A stretch of DNA of 42,521 nt, from positions 1 through 42,521 of the forward strand of contig JBBTSP010000001.1 in NCBI GenBank assembly GCA_038064655.1, in the 5' to 3' direction. Origin of the DNA: Patescibacteria group bacterium (GTDB lineage: Bacteria > Patescibacteriota > Microgenomatia > UBA1406 > GWC2-37-13). Positions 18,293 to 28,348 of the stretch are shown piece after piece. The notes beneath the pieces are model-generated. The model made no database searches and had not been told where the DNA came from. It saw only the letters and a list, made by a program, of their open reading frames with translations. Each line of letters starts with the position of its first letter. Positions within the stretch are counted from its first letter, which is position 1. A program made the translations under genes and the position numbers.

Positions 18293-19101
18293 AATCAGCT
18301 TTAATTGGATATACAGGGTTTGTTGGAAGCAATATAAATGACCAACATAAATTTACCGAACTTTATAATTCAAAAAATATTACCAAGATCAAAAATAAAA
18401 AATATGATTTGGTTGTTAGCGCAGGAATTCCTGGAACAAAATGGATAGCCAATAAATATCCCGTAAAAGACCTTGAAAATATAAAGAAATTTATAAATTC
18501 CATAAAAACTGTTCAAGCCAGAAAATTTGTTTTAATATCTACGGAAGACGTTTACGAAAATCCTTATAAAGTAAACGAAAAAACCAAAATTAATTCGGCC
18601 AATGTCCAACCTTATGGAAAAAACAGACTATTTTTAGAAAAAAAACTCAAAAATATATTCAAAAAATCATTGATAGTTATCAGACTGCCCGGTTTAATCG
18701 GAAAAAATTTAAAAAAAAACTTCATATATGATTTTATTCATGAAAGAAAATATTATTTAAGCAATAGTGAAAGTATGGTCCAGGTATATGATCTAAAAAA
18801 TATTTGGAAAGATTTAAAAAAAACAATCAAATATTCTTTACCCATTATCAATTTTGCGCCGGAACCGATTAGAGTTGCTGACATAGTTAAATATGTGTTT
18901 GGAATAAATTTTGTTAATAAAGACAAAAAACGTTTTTTAAATTATGATGTCTCATCCGTTTATGCCCATCACTACGGTAATAGCGATAAATACTTATATA
19001 ACAAAAAACGAGTTTTAAATAGTATAAAAAAATTTGTTTATCTAGAAAAACTCAAACTCGAAGGAAAACCTTTAAAGAAAATGAAAGATATTATTTATTA
19101 A
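18289..19101 (+). CDS. NAD(P)-dependent extended SDR (sugar reductase/epimerase)
   Basis: ALIGYTGFVG, ISTEDVY, PYGKNR (YxxxR variant), IRLPGLIG. Confidence 0.75.
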   Translation: MKSALIGYTGFVGSNINDQHKFTELYNSKNITKIKNKKYDLVVSAGIPGTKWIANKYPVKDLENIKKFINSIKTVQARKFVLISTEDVYENPYKVNEKTKINSANVQPYGKNRLFLEKKLKNIFKKSLIVIRLPGLIGKNLKKNFIYDFIHERKYYLSNSESMVQVYDLKNIWKDLKKTIKYSLPIINFAPEPIRVADIVKYVFGINFVNKDKKRFLNYDVSSVYAHHYGNSDKYLYNKKRVLNSIKKFVYLEKLKLEGKPLKKMKDIIY

Positions 19102-20194
19102 TGATTTCATTTACGGCCATTCTTATCCGGTTAATAGGTTTTTTTAATCTAATAATTTCTCCTTTTAATTTCTTTATTAAATCATCCTGATAAGTAATAT
19201 GATTTACATGATAAATATCATATTTACCTGTCAGTTCAATAAAGTCTGCATAATCGAATTTGCTCTGTTTGTTTAATTTGGAAACTATTTTTTTGTTTTG
19301 CAATAAATCAAACAGCACATCAAGAGCAAATTTTTGATGAAAGACATGTTCAACTTCAAGAGTCTGTCTGGCTACATAAAAGGGTATTAATTCGTCATCA
19401 GTGATGTCACAATATTTTTCTTGGGATAGGGGGAAGATTTTTATAAATTCTCCGATGTTCATTATTTTTAAATAATGTTTTAAAACATGGGAAAACTCAA
19501 ACATGCTGCGGACAACAGCCTTGGGGGTGGCGGCGCTGGCATTCATCTCGCCGGCCCTGATTCTGAATTTTGTCAGTTTTTCTTGAATGATATGTTGCTC
19601 ATATTTTAGACTGAGCCTTATTCCTATATCAAAATCTTGGATTTGAGCCAAACAAGGATTGTGGTATCCGATGAAGTCATAAACTTTTTTTCTCATCATC
19701 ATACTTGGATGCCATAACCAACGACAGTTATAGAAAAAATAATTTAGCCACTGGAATCGGTTCCTGTTTTCCAATGAATTCATTTTGCCGTGAAAATGCT
19801 CTGAGTCCGGAATATTTGATCCCCCTTCATCAATCATCTGGGCCTGGGTAAAAACCGCTCCGGTTTCCGGATGAGCGTCAAGATACGCAACCTGTTTTTC
19901 AAGTTTTTCAGGAAAAAAAGCGTCATCGGAATTTAGATGGGCGATGTATTTGCCTTTAGCAAGAACCAAACAGTTATTTATAGCCACACAAACCCCGTGA
20001 TTTTTAGTTGAAATAAATAATTTAATTCTTGGATCTTTGAATTTTTTTATTTCCTCGACCGTTTTATCAGAAGAATGATCGTCGTTGATGATTATCTCAA
20101 AATCCTGGAAAGTCTGACCTAAAACGCTTTCAAGCGCGTAAGCGATGTATTTTTCGTGATTATACGATGGAATGATGACGCTAACTTTTGGCAT
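19091..20194 (-). CDS. GT2 family glycosyltransferase
   Basis: SVIIPSYNH, DDHSSDKT, HLNSDD, QDFD. Paralog of the adjacent gene. Confidence 0.9.
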   Translation of the reverse strand: MPKVSVIIPSYNHEKYIAYALESVLGQTFQDFEIIINDDHSSDKTVEEIKKFKDPRIKLFISTKNHGVCVAINNCLVLAKGKYIAHLNSDDAFFPEKLEKQVAYLDAHPETGAVFTQAQMIDEGGSNIPDSEHFHGKMNSLENRNRFQWLNYFFYNCRWLWHPSMMMRKKVYDFIGYHNPCLAQIQDFDIGIRLSLKYEQHIIQEKLTKFRIRAGEMNASAATPKAVVRSMFEFSHVLKHYLKIMNIGEFIKIFPLSQEKYCDITDDELIPFYVARQTLEVEHVFHQKFALDVLFDLLQNKKIVSKLNKQSKFDYADFIELTGKYDIYHVNHITYQDDLIKKLKGEIIRLKKPINRIRMAVNEIINK

Positions 20195-21278
20195 ATATGA
20201 TTTTTTTTAATTTTTTTAAAGGATATTTTAAATCTTCGTATTGTTTTGTCAATGTTTTCACTAATTCTTCCTGATAGGCGATGTGATTAACATGATAGAT
20301 ATCCCGTTCGCCAGACAGTCTAATAAAATCTGTATAGTCAAAATTACTTTTTTTATTTAGTTTCGACACTATTTTTTTATTTTGCAATAAATCAAATAAC
20401 ACATCTAAAGCAAACTTCTGATGAAAGACATGTTTGACATCCAATGCTTGTCTGGCCACATAAAAGGGAATTAATTCATTATCATTTATGTCATCAAATC
20501 TTTTTTTTGCTTCAGGAAATATCTTAAAAAATTCGCCGACATTTTTTATTTCTAAATAATGTTTAAGAATATGGCCAAATTCAAACATACTCCGGACTTT
20601 ATTTTCAATCGTATCGGCTCCGACGTTCATGTTTCCTGATCTGATTCTGAATTTAACAAGTTTATCATCGAAGATATAAATATCCTGTTCAAAACACAGC
20701 CTTATCCAAACATCAAAATCATGGAGTTGCGCCAGCCGTTCGTTTTCATATTTTATTTTTTTATAAAAAGACTTTCTAATTAAGGCGGACGGAAAACAGA
20801 TACAGTTGCCGTTGTGAAAAAAATAATTAAGCCATTCATATCGATTCCTGTTCTTTTGATCAAAAACTTTATCATAATAATATTCTTTTATTTCGTTTCC
20901 TTCCTCATCAATCATCTGGGCCTGGGTAAAAACCGCTCCAACACCCGGGTTATCATCTAAATATTTAACCTGTTTTTTAAGCTTATCAGGTAAACAGATA
21001 TCATCGGAACTAAATAAAGATATATATTCTCCCCGACTCTTGTTTAAAGCATAATTCAGAGCATGTCCAAAACCGATGTTTTTCTTTATTCGGAAAACCC
21101 TGATTCTTGGGTCTTTAATAGTTTTAATTATTTTGTAAGTCGAGTCGGTGGAGCCATTGTCAACAACGATCAATTCAAAATCCACAAACGTTTGGCTAAG
21201 AATGCTATTGATACTTTCAGCTACATATTTTTCGTGATTAAAAGCAGAGATAATTACGCTGACTTTAGGCATGCTCAT
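20181..21278 (-). CDS. GT2 family glycosyltransferase (tandem paralog)
   Basis: SVIISAFNH, DNGSTDST, FSSDD, HDFD. Shares HVFHQKFALDVLFDLLQNKKIVSKLNK with its neighbour. Confidence 0.9.
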   Translation of the reverse strand: MSMPKVSVIISAFNHEKYVAESINSILSQTFVDFELIVVDNGSTDSTYKIIKTIKDPRIRVFRIKKNIGFGHALNYALNKSRGEYISLFSSDDICLPDKLKKQVKYLDDNPGVGAVFTQAQMIDEEGNEIKEYYYDKVFDQKNRNRYEWLNYFFHNGNCICFPSALIRKSFYKKIKYENERLAQLHDFDVWIRLCFEQDIYIFDDKLVKFRIRSGNMNVGADTIENKVRSMFEFGHILKHYLEIKNVGEFFKIFPEAKKRFDDINDNELIPFYVARQALDVKHVFHQKFALDVLFDLLQNKKIVSKLNKKSNFDYTDFIRLSGERDIYHVNHIAYQEELVKTLTKQYEDLKYPLKKLKKIIYAKS

Positions 21279-22367
21279 TTATTTATAATTTGACTTTTTT
21301 AGTAGCATAGGTCTTTCGATCAAATTATATAACATTATCGATATAATTAAAATTATTGATGAAGCGGTTATAACCGATAAAAAAATATTTAAAAATTTTA
21401 AATTATTTTCAAAGTAGGTATATATTTCATAATGAATCAGAAAGATTGAAAAAGAAAACATACTTAGTTTAGTAAAAAAATAATATATTAATTTTTTATT
21501 TATCAATATTTTATTTATGAATAAATTATTTTCTAAATAAACAACAAAGATAATTAACCCTAAGCTCATAAGTGGCCAACTGAATGCTCGAAATAAAATA
21601 GATCTATCAAAAAAGTTAATCCCATAATTCACCATTAGATATACATAATAAAAATAGAATACCGTTAAAACAATTAATGAAACCGCAAACGAATTAAAAT
21701 TTGAAAATTTTTCATATAGGATTTTAAACCTTAATTTTAGGATGGCAAACAAAACGCCTATAAACAAAGAATCAAATCTTAGTAATATATTTTTCCTTAC
21801 ACCAAAATCAAAAATAGGGTTATATAAATAAATATAGATAAATCTGAAAAAGTTTATTAATATGATAATAAAAATAAATGTTCTCAGTAATTTCACAGAT
21901 GAGTATTTTGCATTATTGATAATCATAAATATGACAGGGATAATTAAGTAAAACCAAAACTGTATAGATAAAGTCCAGGAAACGGCAAAAAAACCTACTT
22001 CATTCGGAAAAAAATTTTGCAGGAAAACAAAATGTAGTAAGTGCAATGATTTAGATCCGAATATAAAATTATCAATAAAAACAAGAATAACCAATACGAC
22101 AAAATAAAGGGGCATTATTCTTAATAATCGCCTCACATAAAAATTTATGATTTCCTTAAAAGAAAAATTTGGAGTTAATTTTGTAAGTATAGTTTTTCCT
22201 ATAAGAAAACCACTAAGAACAAAAAATAGCTCAACCCCATAAAGTCCCGAATTGTATAATAAATTAAAAAAAACTGGGTTATTTTTGAAAAATGGTGATA
22301 GATGAGCAATAACAACCAGAATAATCGCTATACTCCTTGCAATTTCAAGGCCAAAATTTTTTTGCAT
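21279..22367 (-). CDS. Acyltransferase-3 family membrane O-acyltransferase (OafA-like)
   Basis: GLEIARSIAIILVVIAH, GVELFFVLSGFLI, RRLLRIMPLY, WTLSIQFWFY, SFSIFLIH, IERP. Confidence 0.9.
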   Translation of the reverse strand: MQKNFGLEIARSIAIILVVIAHLSPFFKNNPVFFNLLYNSGLYGVELFFVLSGFLIGKTILTKLTPNFSFKEIINFYVRRLLRIMPLYFVVLVILVFIDNFIFGSKSLHLLHFVFLQNFFPNEVGFFAVSWTLSIQFWFYLIIPVIFMIINNAKYSSVKLLRTFIFIIILINFFRFIYIYLYNPIFDFGVRKNILLRFDSLFIGVLFAILKLRFKILYEKFSNFNSFAVSLIVLTVFYFYYVYLMVNYGINFFDRSILFRAFSWPLMSLGLIIFVVYLENNLFINKILINKKLIYYFFTKLSMFSFSIFLIHYEIYTYFENNLKFLNIFLSVITASSIILIISIMLYNLIERPMLLKKSNYK

Positions 22368-22399
22368 ATAAGTTATTCTATACTATAATATAGTCGCAA

Positions 22400-24241
22400 A
22401 TGTATAATCTAAAAACAAAACCCATCTTTATTATTACCTTTTTTATTGCAGTTTCAATAGTTTTTAATTTTTCAGTATGGAGTGAATTTTTTGGAAGTAG
22501 ACTAACACTAAGTGACAATATCATCACGGAACTATTGGTTGAAAATAGTTATAAAAATATTCTTCATCTGAAAAACCCTTTTATCGTTGATTCAGTTTTT
22601 TACCCATTTACTGTAAACATTTCTCTTAACGATCCGGCAATTTCAAGCACAATTTTTTTCTTTTTTTTAAGACCTTTTTTTACATCTTACCAGTCATTAA
22701 TAATAATTACTCTCTTAAGTTTTTTTCTTAATAATTTTTTTATGTATTTGATGTTGAGAAGGTTTAAGATCAACCAATTTATATCAATATTAATTAGCTT
22801 GGTTTATGGCTTCACTCCATTTTTATCACATAAGATAATCGGACATTATACTTATATTCCGATTTATTTTTTCCCTCTATCTTATTTGGTAGTTGATCAA
22901 TTTCTGGAAGCAAGATCAAAAAATAAGAAACATTTTTTATCGATCATTTTTGGGTTATTTTTGGCTTTTGTCTTGCTTAGTAACTTTTATTATTTTTTTA
23001 TGATTGTTTTAGGTATTTTAGCGTTTATAGTGTACTTTACCATTCTTAATAGAAAAAAAATATTTCAATTTATTGCTTCAAATTTTAAATATTTGATGAT
23101 TTCTATCGTTGTTTTTTGTTTATCGTTAATTCCGTGGTTTGTATCTGTTTATCAGATAACAAAAAGCGGCAATCTGTCAACAATTCCGGGATTTGGCGGA
23201 GCAATTACTTTATCAGCCGATGTTTTAAGTTTTTTTACACCAAGTGAATATAATCCATTTTATAGAAATATATTTTCTTTTCTTTCCTTACGTATACCCT
23301 ATTTTACAAAGTACAATGATTTTTTTCTTAACAGCTGGGAAAGGTTTGTTTATCCGGGAATAATTATTCTTGGAGTGTATTGCTCAGTAATTTTATTAAA
23401 AATATTTAAAAAATTTCCACTAATTTTGTGGAATAAGATAAAACAACATTTCTTTATAAGTTTAGTTTTTGCTATTCTGATGTTGGGTCCTTTCCTTAAA
23501 GTATTTAACCGCTGGTCAATCAATCTTGACGGGGTAGCAGTCGTATTTCCTTTACCATTTTTACTGCTTCATTATATCCCCGGACTATCAACCTTGCGGG
23601 CACCTTCAAGGTTTACTCCGATTTTTATTTTTTTTGCTTGTTTTGTTACAGCGTATGTACTCGATTTTTTAGTAATAAAAATTGGCAAAAAAAAATCCTT
23701 TATATTAATAATTACTTTATTTGTCTTGTTTTTCCTTGATCAATTCTATGTTATCCCAACTAAATTAAACCAGGAAATCCCAATAAAAATTTATAATAAT
23801 TTGAAAGATAAACCGCAGGGAACAGTCTTGGAAATTCCATTTACCGTCCGTGATGGTTTTCAATATATGGGATTTGTCCACGCAATTCAGCCAATGGCCG
23901 GGCAACTTATCCATGGAAAGCCTATAATTGGCGGGTATATGGCCAGAGTCTCTGATAATGTATTTAATTATTACAAAAATTTGAAATTCGTTAATTACCT
24001 ATCAAGCATAATTGACAAAGGAAATTACATTCCTCTTAAGGAGGAACCTCGAAATATCAATCTTTTTCCTTACCCTTATCCTATAAATACTGCCAAAAAT
24101 GAAGTACAATCTTTGAATATTAAATATGTGATATTGAAGAACGATGAAAAATACTCAAATTATTTGATAAATTTATTCAAGCAAATAGGATTTTCTGAAA
24201 AACAGAAGAATATTAATTATCTTTTGTTAGAAAAACAATAA
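22400..24241 (+). CDS. GT-C-like polytopic membrane protein, family A
   Basis: Many TM segments, FYPF, SADVLSFFTP, LGPFL, RAPSRF, VLEIPFTVRDG, HGKPIIGGYMAR. GT-C role is inferred from architecture and context. Confidence 0.65.
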   Translation: MYNLKTKPIFIITFFIAVSIVFNFSVWSEFFGSRLTLSDNIITELLVENSYKNILHLKNPFIVDSVFYPFTVNISLNDPAISSTIFFFFLRPFFTSYQSLIIITLLSFFLNNFFMYLMLRRFKINQFISILISLVYGFTPFLSHKIIGHYTYIPIYFFPLSYLVVDQFLEARSKNKKHFLSIIFGLFLAFVLLSNFYYFFMIVLGILAFIVYFTILNRKKIFQFIASNFKYLMISIVVFCLSLIPWFVSVYQITKSGNLSTIPGFGGAITLSADVLSFFTPSEYNPFYRNIFSFLSLRIPYFTKYNDFFLNSWERFVYPGIIILGVYCSVILLKIFKKFPLILWNKIKQHFFISLVFAILMLGPFLKVFNRWSINLDGVAVVFPLPFLLLHYIPGLSTLRAPSRFTPIFIFFACFVTAYVLDFLVIKIGKKKSFILIITLFVLFFLDQFYVIPTKLNQEIPIKIYNNLKDKPQGTVLEIPFTVRDGFQYMGFVHAIQPMAGQLIHGKPIIGGYMARVSDNVFNYYKNLKFVNYLSSIIDKGNYIPLKEEPRNINLFPYPYPINTAKNEVQSLNIKYVILKNDEKYSNYLINLFKQIGFSEKQKNINYLLLEKQ

Positions 24242-24242
24242 T

Positions 24243-26054
24243 ATGGAAATATTTTTGCTTTTATTTAAAATAATTTTTTTATTATTTTTTGCAGGCTATG
24301 GATTTACGGCAATTTTTATTCCTGAAAAACTTCGCCGGGATGCTTTTTGGATGATCCCCTGGTTCGGGCTAATATTTATCAGTGTTATTGGAGTTTTTTT
24401 AAGCATGGCAGGAGTTCCAATGAATCAAGCTAAATATTTAATTCTCGCCTTAGCTTTAGTACTTGTTATATATGCTTTTATTACCAATAAAAAAATATCT
24501 TTCGTATCATGGGAAACAGGATTGATAACCTTATTGACGATAGTATGTTTATTGTTTAATCTTTGGCCATTGATTAAGGTAGGATTTCCAACGACGATTT
24601 CTTTAGGCAATTTAGATCCGATTTCCTATGTTCATACGTCTGATTTTTTGATAAATCACACAGTTTTTGATGGAAAAGATTTTATCCATTACAAGCCTTA
24701 TCTTTGGGCAACAGGAGACTTACTTCATAACGGTTTTCGCTGGGGAACACCGATGATTTTAAGTTTTTTTACAAGCATTTTTGGACTGAAATCTTATCAG
24801 ATATATTCGATACTTATAACAATAATTTTTGCTTTATCTTTTCCAATCACTTATATTCTTGCTAAACAAATAATAAATAGAAAAAAATCATATTTGTTGT
24901 TATTCCTAATCTTTCTCACTCAAGCGTTTAATTCCACCAATCTTTATATGCTGTATCATGTTTTTTTTGCCCAATTTATTTTTTTGGGTGTATTTATTAC
25001 TATCATTATTTTACTTCATTCATATTTTTCAGAAGAAAATATTAATTTATATAATTTTAACAGTTATGATTTTTTGACAGCCTTTAGCTTATCATCTTTA
25101 ACGACGCTTTATGTAGAAGGATTATTTTTTATTTTTATCCCTCTTTTTATATTTATTTTTTTAAAGCTATTGCAAAAAAAATATTGGTTTTTATTATACG
25201 GACTAAAAATTATTCTACTTTTATTAGTTATTAATCCAACGACTTTTGGAAACGCTCTCAGGGTTAATTATAAAGTGTTTATTAGCACAACTAAAATAGG
25301 AGTGATTGGCTGGGAAAAAATCAGATACGCAAAACCCATGGAAATAATCGGATTTTATAATTTGTATCACTCAAGAAAAATTCCTTATTTGGCTGAATTG
25401 ATTAGTTCAGTGATACTGATGGGGATAATGATAATAGGTTATTTTAAAAGTAAGCAAAAGCTTTTTGTAGCTTCATTTATGGGTTTTTTCGTTTTTTTAT
25501 ATTTGATTTTTGCATTATATTTCAAGAACTTCTTTACCTATCATCGAACAATAACCTATACTGTTTTTTTTATTTCAATTTTATTTTCGTCCGGTATGCT
25601 TTCAGTTTTTGATTTATTAAAGAACAAAGTTGTTACAACAATTATTATTGTAATATTTACTTTAATGTCGATTAGATCTTCATATAGAACGATGTATCAA
25701 CTTTATTGGCATCCGAAAATAGTAGATAAGTCTTTAATTTCCTTAACAGAATTAAATAATAATAAAAGTTTTACCAGTGCTTTTTATACTTCTGACGTAT
25801 TTCTTGGAGAATATGATTTGTGGAAACGTCTTTGGAGAGAATATTTACTTACAGATAAATACATCGTGACTAGACAAAATTATCCGACGGAAAGAATTTT
25901 TTTGGAAGGAATGAATTTGGTCTTAAGTGAAAAAAATTATTTAGAGGGAGAAGGAAAAAAAATCGTTTATAAAAATATAGTTTGGGAAAATGAATATTAT
26001 CAGTTGGGAGAAATAAAATCTATAAAAGTGGCAAAAGATTTACAGAAATATTAA
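24243..26054 (+). CDS. GT-C-like polytopic membrane protein, family B
   Basis: Many TM segments, WMIPW, TTISLGNLD in the first external loop, FRWGTP, LWKRLW, IVWENE. Confidence 0.6.
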   Translation: MEIFLLLFKIIFLLFFAGYGFTAIFIPEKLRRDAFWMIPWFGLIFISVIGVFLSMAGVPMNQAKYLILALALVLVIYAFITNKKISFVSWETGLITLLTIVCLLFNLWPLIKVGFPTTISLGNLDPISYVHTSDFLINHTVFDGKDFIHYKPYLWATGDLLHNGFRWGTPMILSFFTSIFGLKSYQIYSILITIIFALSFPITYILAKQIINRKKSYLLLFLIFLTQAFNSTNLYMLYHVFFAQFIFLGVFITIIILLHSYFSEENINLYNFNSYDFLTAFSLSSLTTLYVEGLFFIFIPLFIFIFLKLLQKKYWFLLYGLKIILLLLVINPTTFGNALRVNYKVFISTTKIGVIGWEKIRYAKPMEIIGFYNLYHSRKIPYLAELISSVILMGIMIIGYFKSKQKLFVASFMGFFVFLYLIFALYFKNFFTYHRTITYTVFFISILFSSGMLSVFDLLKNKVVTTIIIVIFTLMSIRSSYRTMYQLYWHPKIVDKSLISLTELNNNKSFTSAFYTSDVFLGEYDLWKRLWREYLLTDKYIVTRQNYPTERIFLEGMNLVLSEKNYLEGEGKKIVYKNIVWENEYYQLGEIKSIKVAKDLQKY

Positions 26055-26060
26055 TCGAAA

Positions 26061-28340
26061 ATGAAAAATTTAATAAAAATTATTACAGGAAGGTTTTCTT
26101 GGCTGTTGATGATTGCTGGTTATGTATTGGTCAATATAATATTTAATTATCGTGTTTATTGGCACCAATTAGTTACCGATCTTTCAAAGAGCGGAGCTGT
26201 TTGGGGGGAAGTCCAATCATACGAATGGTTGACGGATAAATTTTATCAGACAATAATGTCAGGCCAAAATCCTTTCGGGTTGGTTCAAGGAATACTTTAT
26301 CCGTTCAACTTTCATTTAGGTTTAACTGATGCGGCTAACGGATTTTATTTCTTGTTTTTAAGACCTTTTTTTTCAGCACACCAGTCAATGTCGATAATCG
26401 TCGCCCTTTCCCTCCTTTTTGCCAATATAGGTATGTATCTTCTTCTTAGAACATTAAAGTTTGATAAATTAATAGCTTTTTTTATAGGTCTATCTTATGG
26501 TTATATGACGTTTCTTTTTCCACGAGGAGGGCACTTGAATTATTGGTGTATATATCTTTTTCCATGGTTTTATTATTGCCTCGCAAATTTATTACAATCA
26601 GATAAAAAATTTGTGAGGATTTTGTCTTCCTTTGGGGCCTCTCTTTTTTTTGTATTGACCTTATGGCTTAATTTTTATTATTTTGTGATGCTGCTTATAT
26701 CTTTATTTTGTTTATTTTTATACTATCTTTCATTTAAAAGGCAGTTATTTTATGAGCAGATTAAAAAATTATGGCCTTATGGAATATTAACTTTTTTATT
26801 AACGGCCATTTTTCTTGTACCTTGGGCAACAGGTTTATATGAAGCGATCACATTTGATGAAATTCCAAAAACAAGCGGTTGGGGCGGGGCGATTGAATTT
26901 GCTTCAGATTTATTTAATTATTTTATTCCCAGCGGTTATGGTTATTATGTCAGCAAGTTTCCATTTTTATATAAACCTTTTCTATTATTTTTGAAATTAT
27001 TTAGGTCCGAGGCCCGTTCGATTTTTGAAAATTTTACTTATCCTGGGGTTATTATTCTCTTCAGCTACTTTGTTTTAATATTTTTTTTAAAAAAATTTGA
27101 TAAGAAAACAAAAGAAAATATCAAACCATTTTTATTTACCAGTATCGTGTTTTTTATCCTAACTTTAGGTCCGTTTTTACACGTATTTGGCCACTGGACG
27201 TTGACGGTTGATGAAGGAATAAAAATCGTGATTCCGTTACCTTACATTATTTTGCATTATATCCCCTTTCTAAATAATATTCGTGTTCCAGGTCGATTGA
27301 TTGTTGGCTTTATTTTCTTTGCTTACGTTGTCTGCGCCTATCTGATTAACTATTTTCTTAAAAATAAATCGATCCATTTTAAGCAGATTTTCTTTGCCAT
27401 ATTTTTACTCGTTTTTATTTTTGATCAAAGAGTGGCTGATAATATTTTTCCTCCCCCGCAAGTTTACCCTTATAAAATATTTCAAACGATTAAATCTGAT
27501 AAAGAAAAGGTTTCGGTATTAGAAATTCCATTTACCGTGAGGGACGGATTTACTTATTTTGGCAATGGAGATGCAATCGGAATGACGATCGGCGAATCAT
27601 GGCATGGAAAACCGGCTATTGGCGGGTATATGGGGCGAGTTTCTGATTATAAAAAAAATTATTACCGGTTGAATCCGTTTTTTGGTTATCTAGGCAGACT
27701 CATAGACGACAGTCTTTACAATAATCCGATTATTGATAAGGATGATTTGATCAATTGGACAGATTTAGATATCAATAAAAGCAGGGAAACAATTGATTTT
27801 CTTAGCCTTAAATATATTATTTTAAACAATGAAATGTTATATGCGGCAACATTGTCCGCTAAACTTAAAGAGTTGGGTTTTGAAAAACAAATGGCTGATA
27901 AAAAATTTTCTCTTTTGAAAAGAATTTCAGAGAATAAAGATTTTTTGTCAATAGATTTGGGTAGTGAAAATGACATTAATTATCTGGGAATGGGTTGGCA
28001 TAACCAGGAAGGAAATTTTCGTTGGTCTGATAAAAAAAATTTTGTGATGTTTAAAACAACAAAGCAAAAAAAATACGATCTTCATTTTAAAGCAGCGGCT
28101 TTCAACAAAGATCAATTGGTCACAATTTATTTAAACAAAAAGAAGATATCAAAAGTTAATATTTCAACAGCGGTTAAAGAATATTCTGTTCCTATAAATA
28201 TCAAATTTGAAACGGGAATAAACAAGGTTTATTTTATATTTGATGGATATTTCCGACCGATTGATGTTATCCCGGGTAGTCTTGACGAGCGAAAAATATC
28301 AACAAAGTTTTTAGAAATTTATTTAACAGAAATTAAGTAA
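26061..28340 (+). CDS. GT-C-like membrane protein, family A, with extra C-terminal beta-rich domain
   Basis: LYPF, ASDLFNYFIP, FENFTYPG, RVPGRL, VLEIPFTVRDG, HGKPAIGGYMGR. C-terminal GWHNQEGNFRW domain. Confidence 0.65.
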   Translation: MKNLIKIITGRFSWLLMIAGYVLVNIIFNYRVYWHQLVTDLSKSGAVWGEVQSYEWLTDKFYQTIMSGQNPFGLVQGILYPFNFHLGLTDAANGFYFLFLRPFFSAHQSMSIIVALSLLFANIGMYLLLRTLKFDKLIAFFIGLSYGYMTFLFPRGGHLNYWCIYLFPWFYYCLANLLQSDKKFVRILSSFGASLFFVLTLWLNFYYFVMLLISLFCLFLYYLSFKRQLFYEQIKKLWPYGILTFLLTAIFLVPWATGLYEAITFDEIPKTSGWGGAIEFASDLFNYFIPSGYGYYVSKFPFLYKPFLLFLKLFRSEARSIFENFTYPGVIILFSYFVLIFFLKKFDKKTKENIKPFLFTSIVFFILTLGPFLHVFGHWTLTVDEGIKIVIPLPYIILHYIPFLNNIRVPGRLIVGFIFFAYVVCAYLINYFLKNKSIHFKQIFFAIFLLVFIFDQRVADNIFPPPQVYPYKIFQTIKSDKEKVSVLEIPFTVRDGFTYFGNGDAIGMTIGESWHGKPAIGGYMGRVSDYKKNYYRLNPFFGYLGRLIDDSLYNNPIIDKDDLINWTDLDINKSRETIDFLSLKYIILNNEMLYAATLSAKLKELGFEKQMADKKFSLLKRISENKDFLSIDLGSENDINYLGMGWHNQEGNFRWSDKKNFVMFKTTKQKKYDLHFKAAAFNKDQLVTIYLNKKKISKVNISTAVKEYSVPINIKFETGINKVYFIFDGYFRPIDVIPGSLDERKISTKFLEIYLTEIK

Positions 28341-28348
28341 GCAAAATT

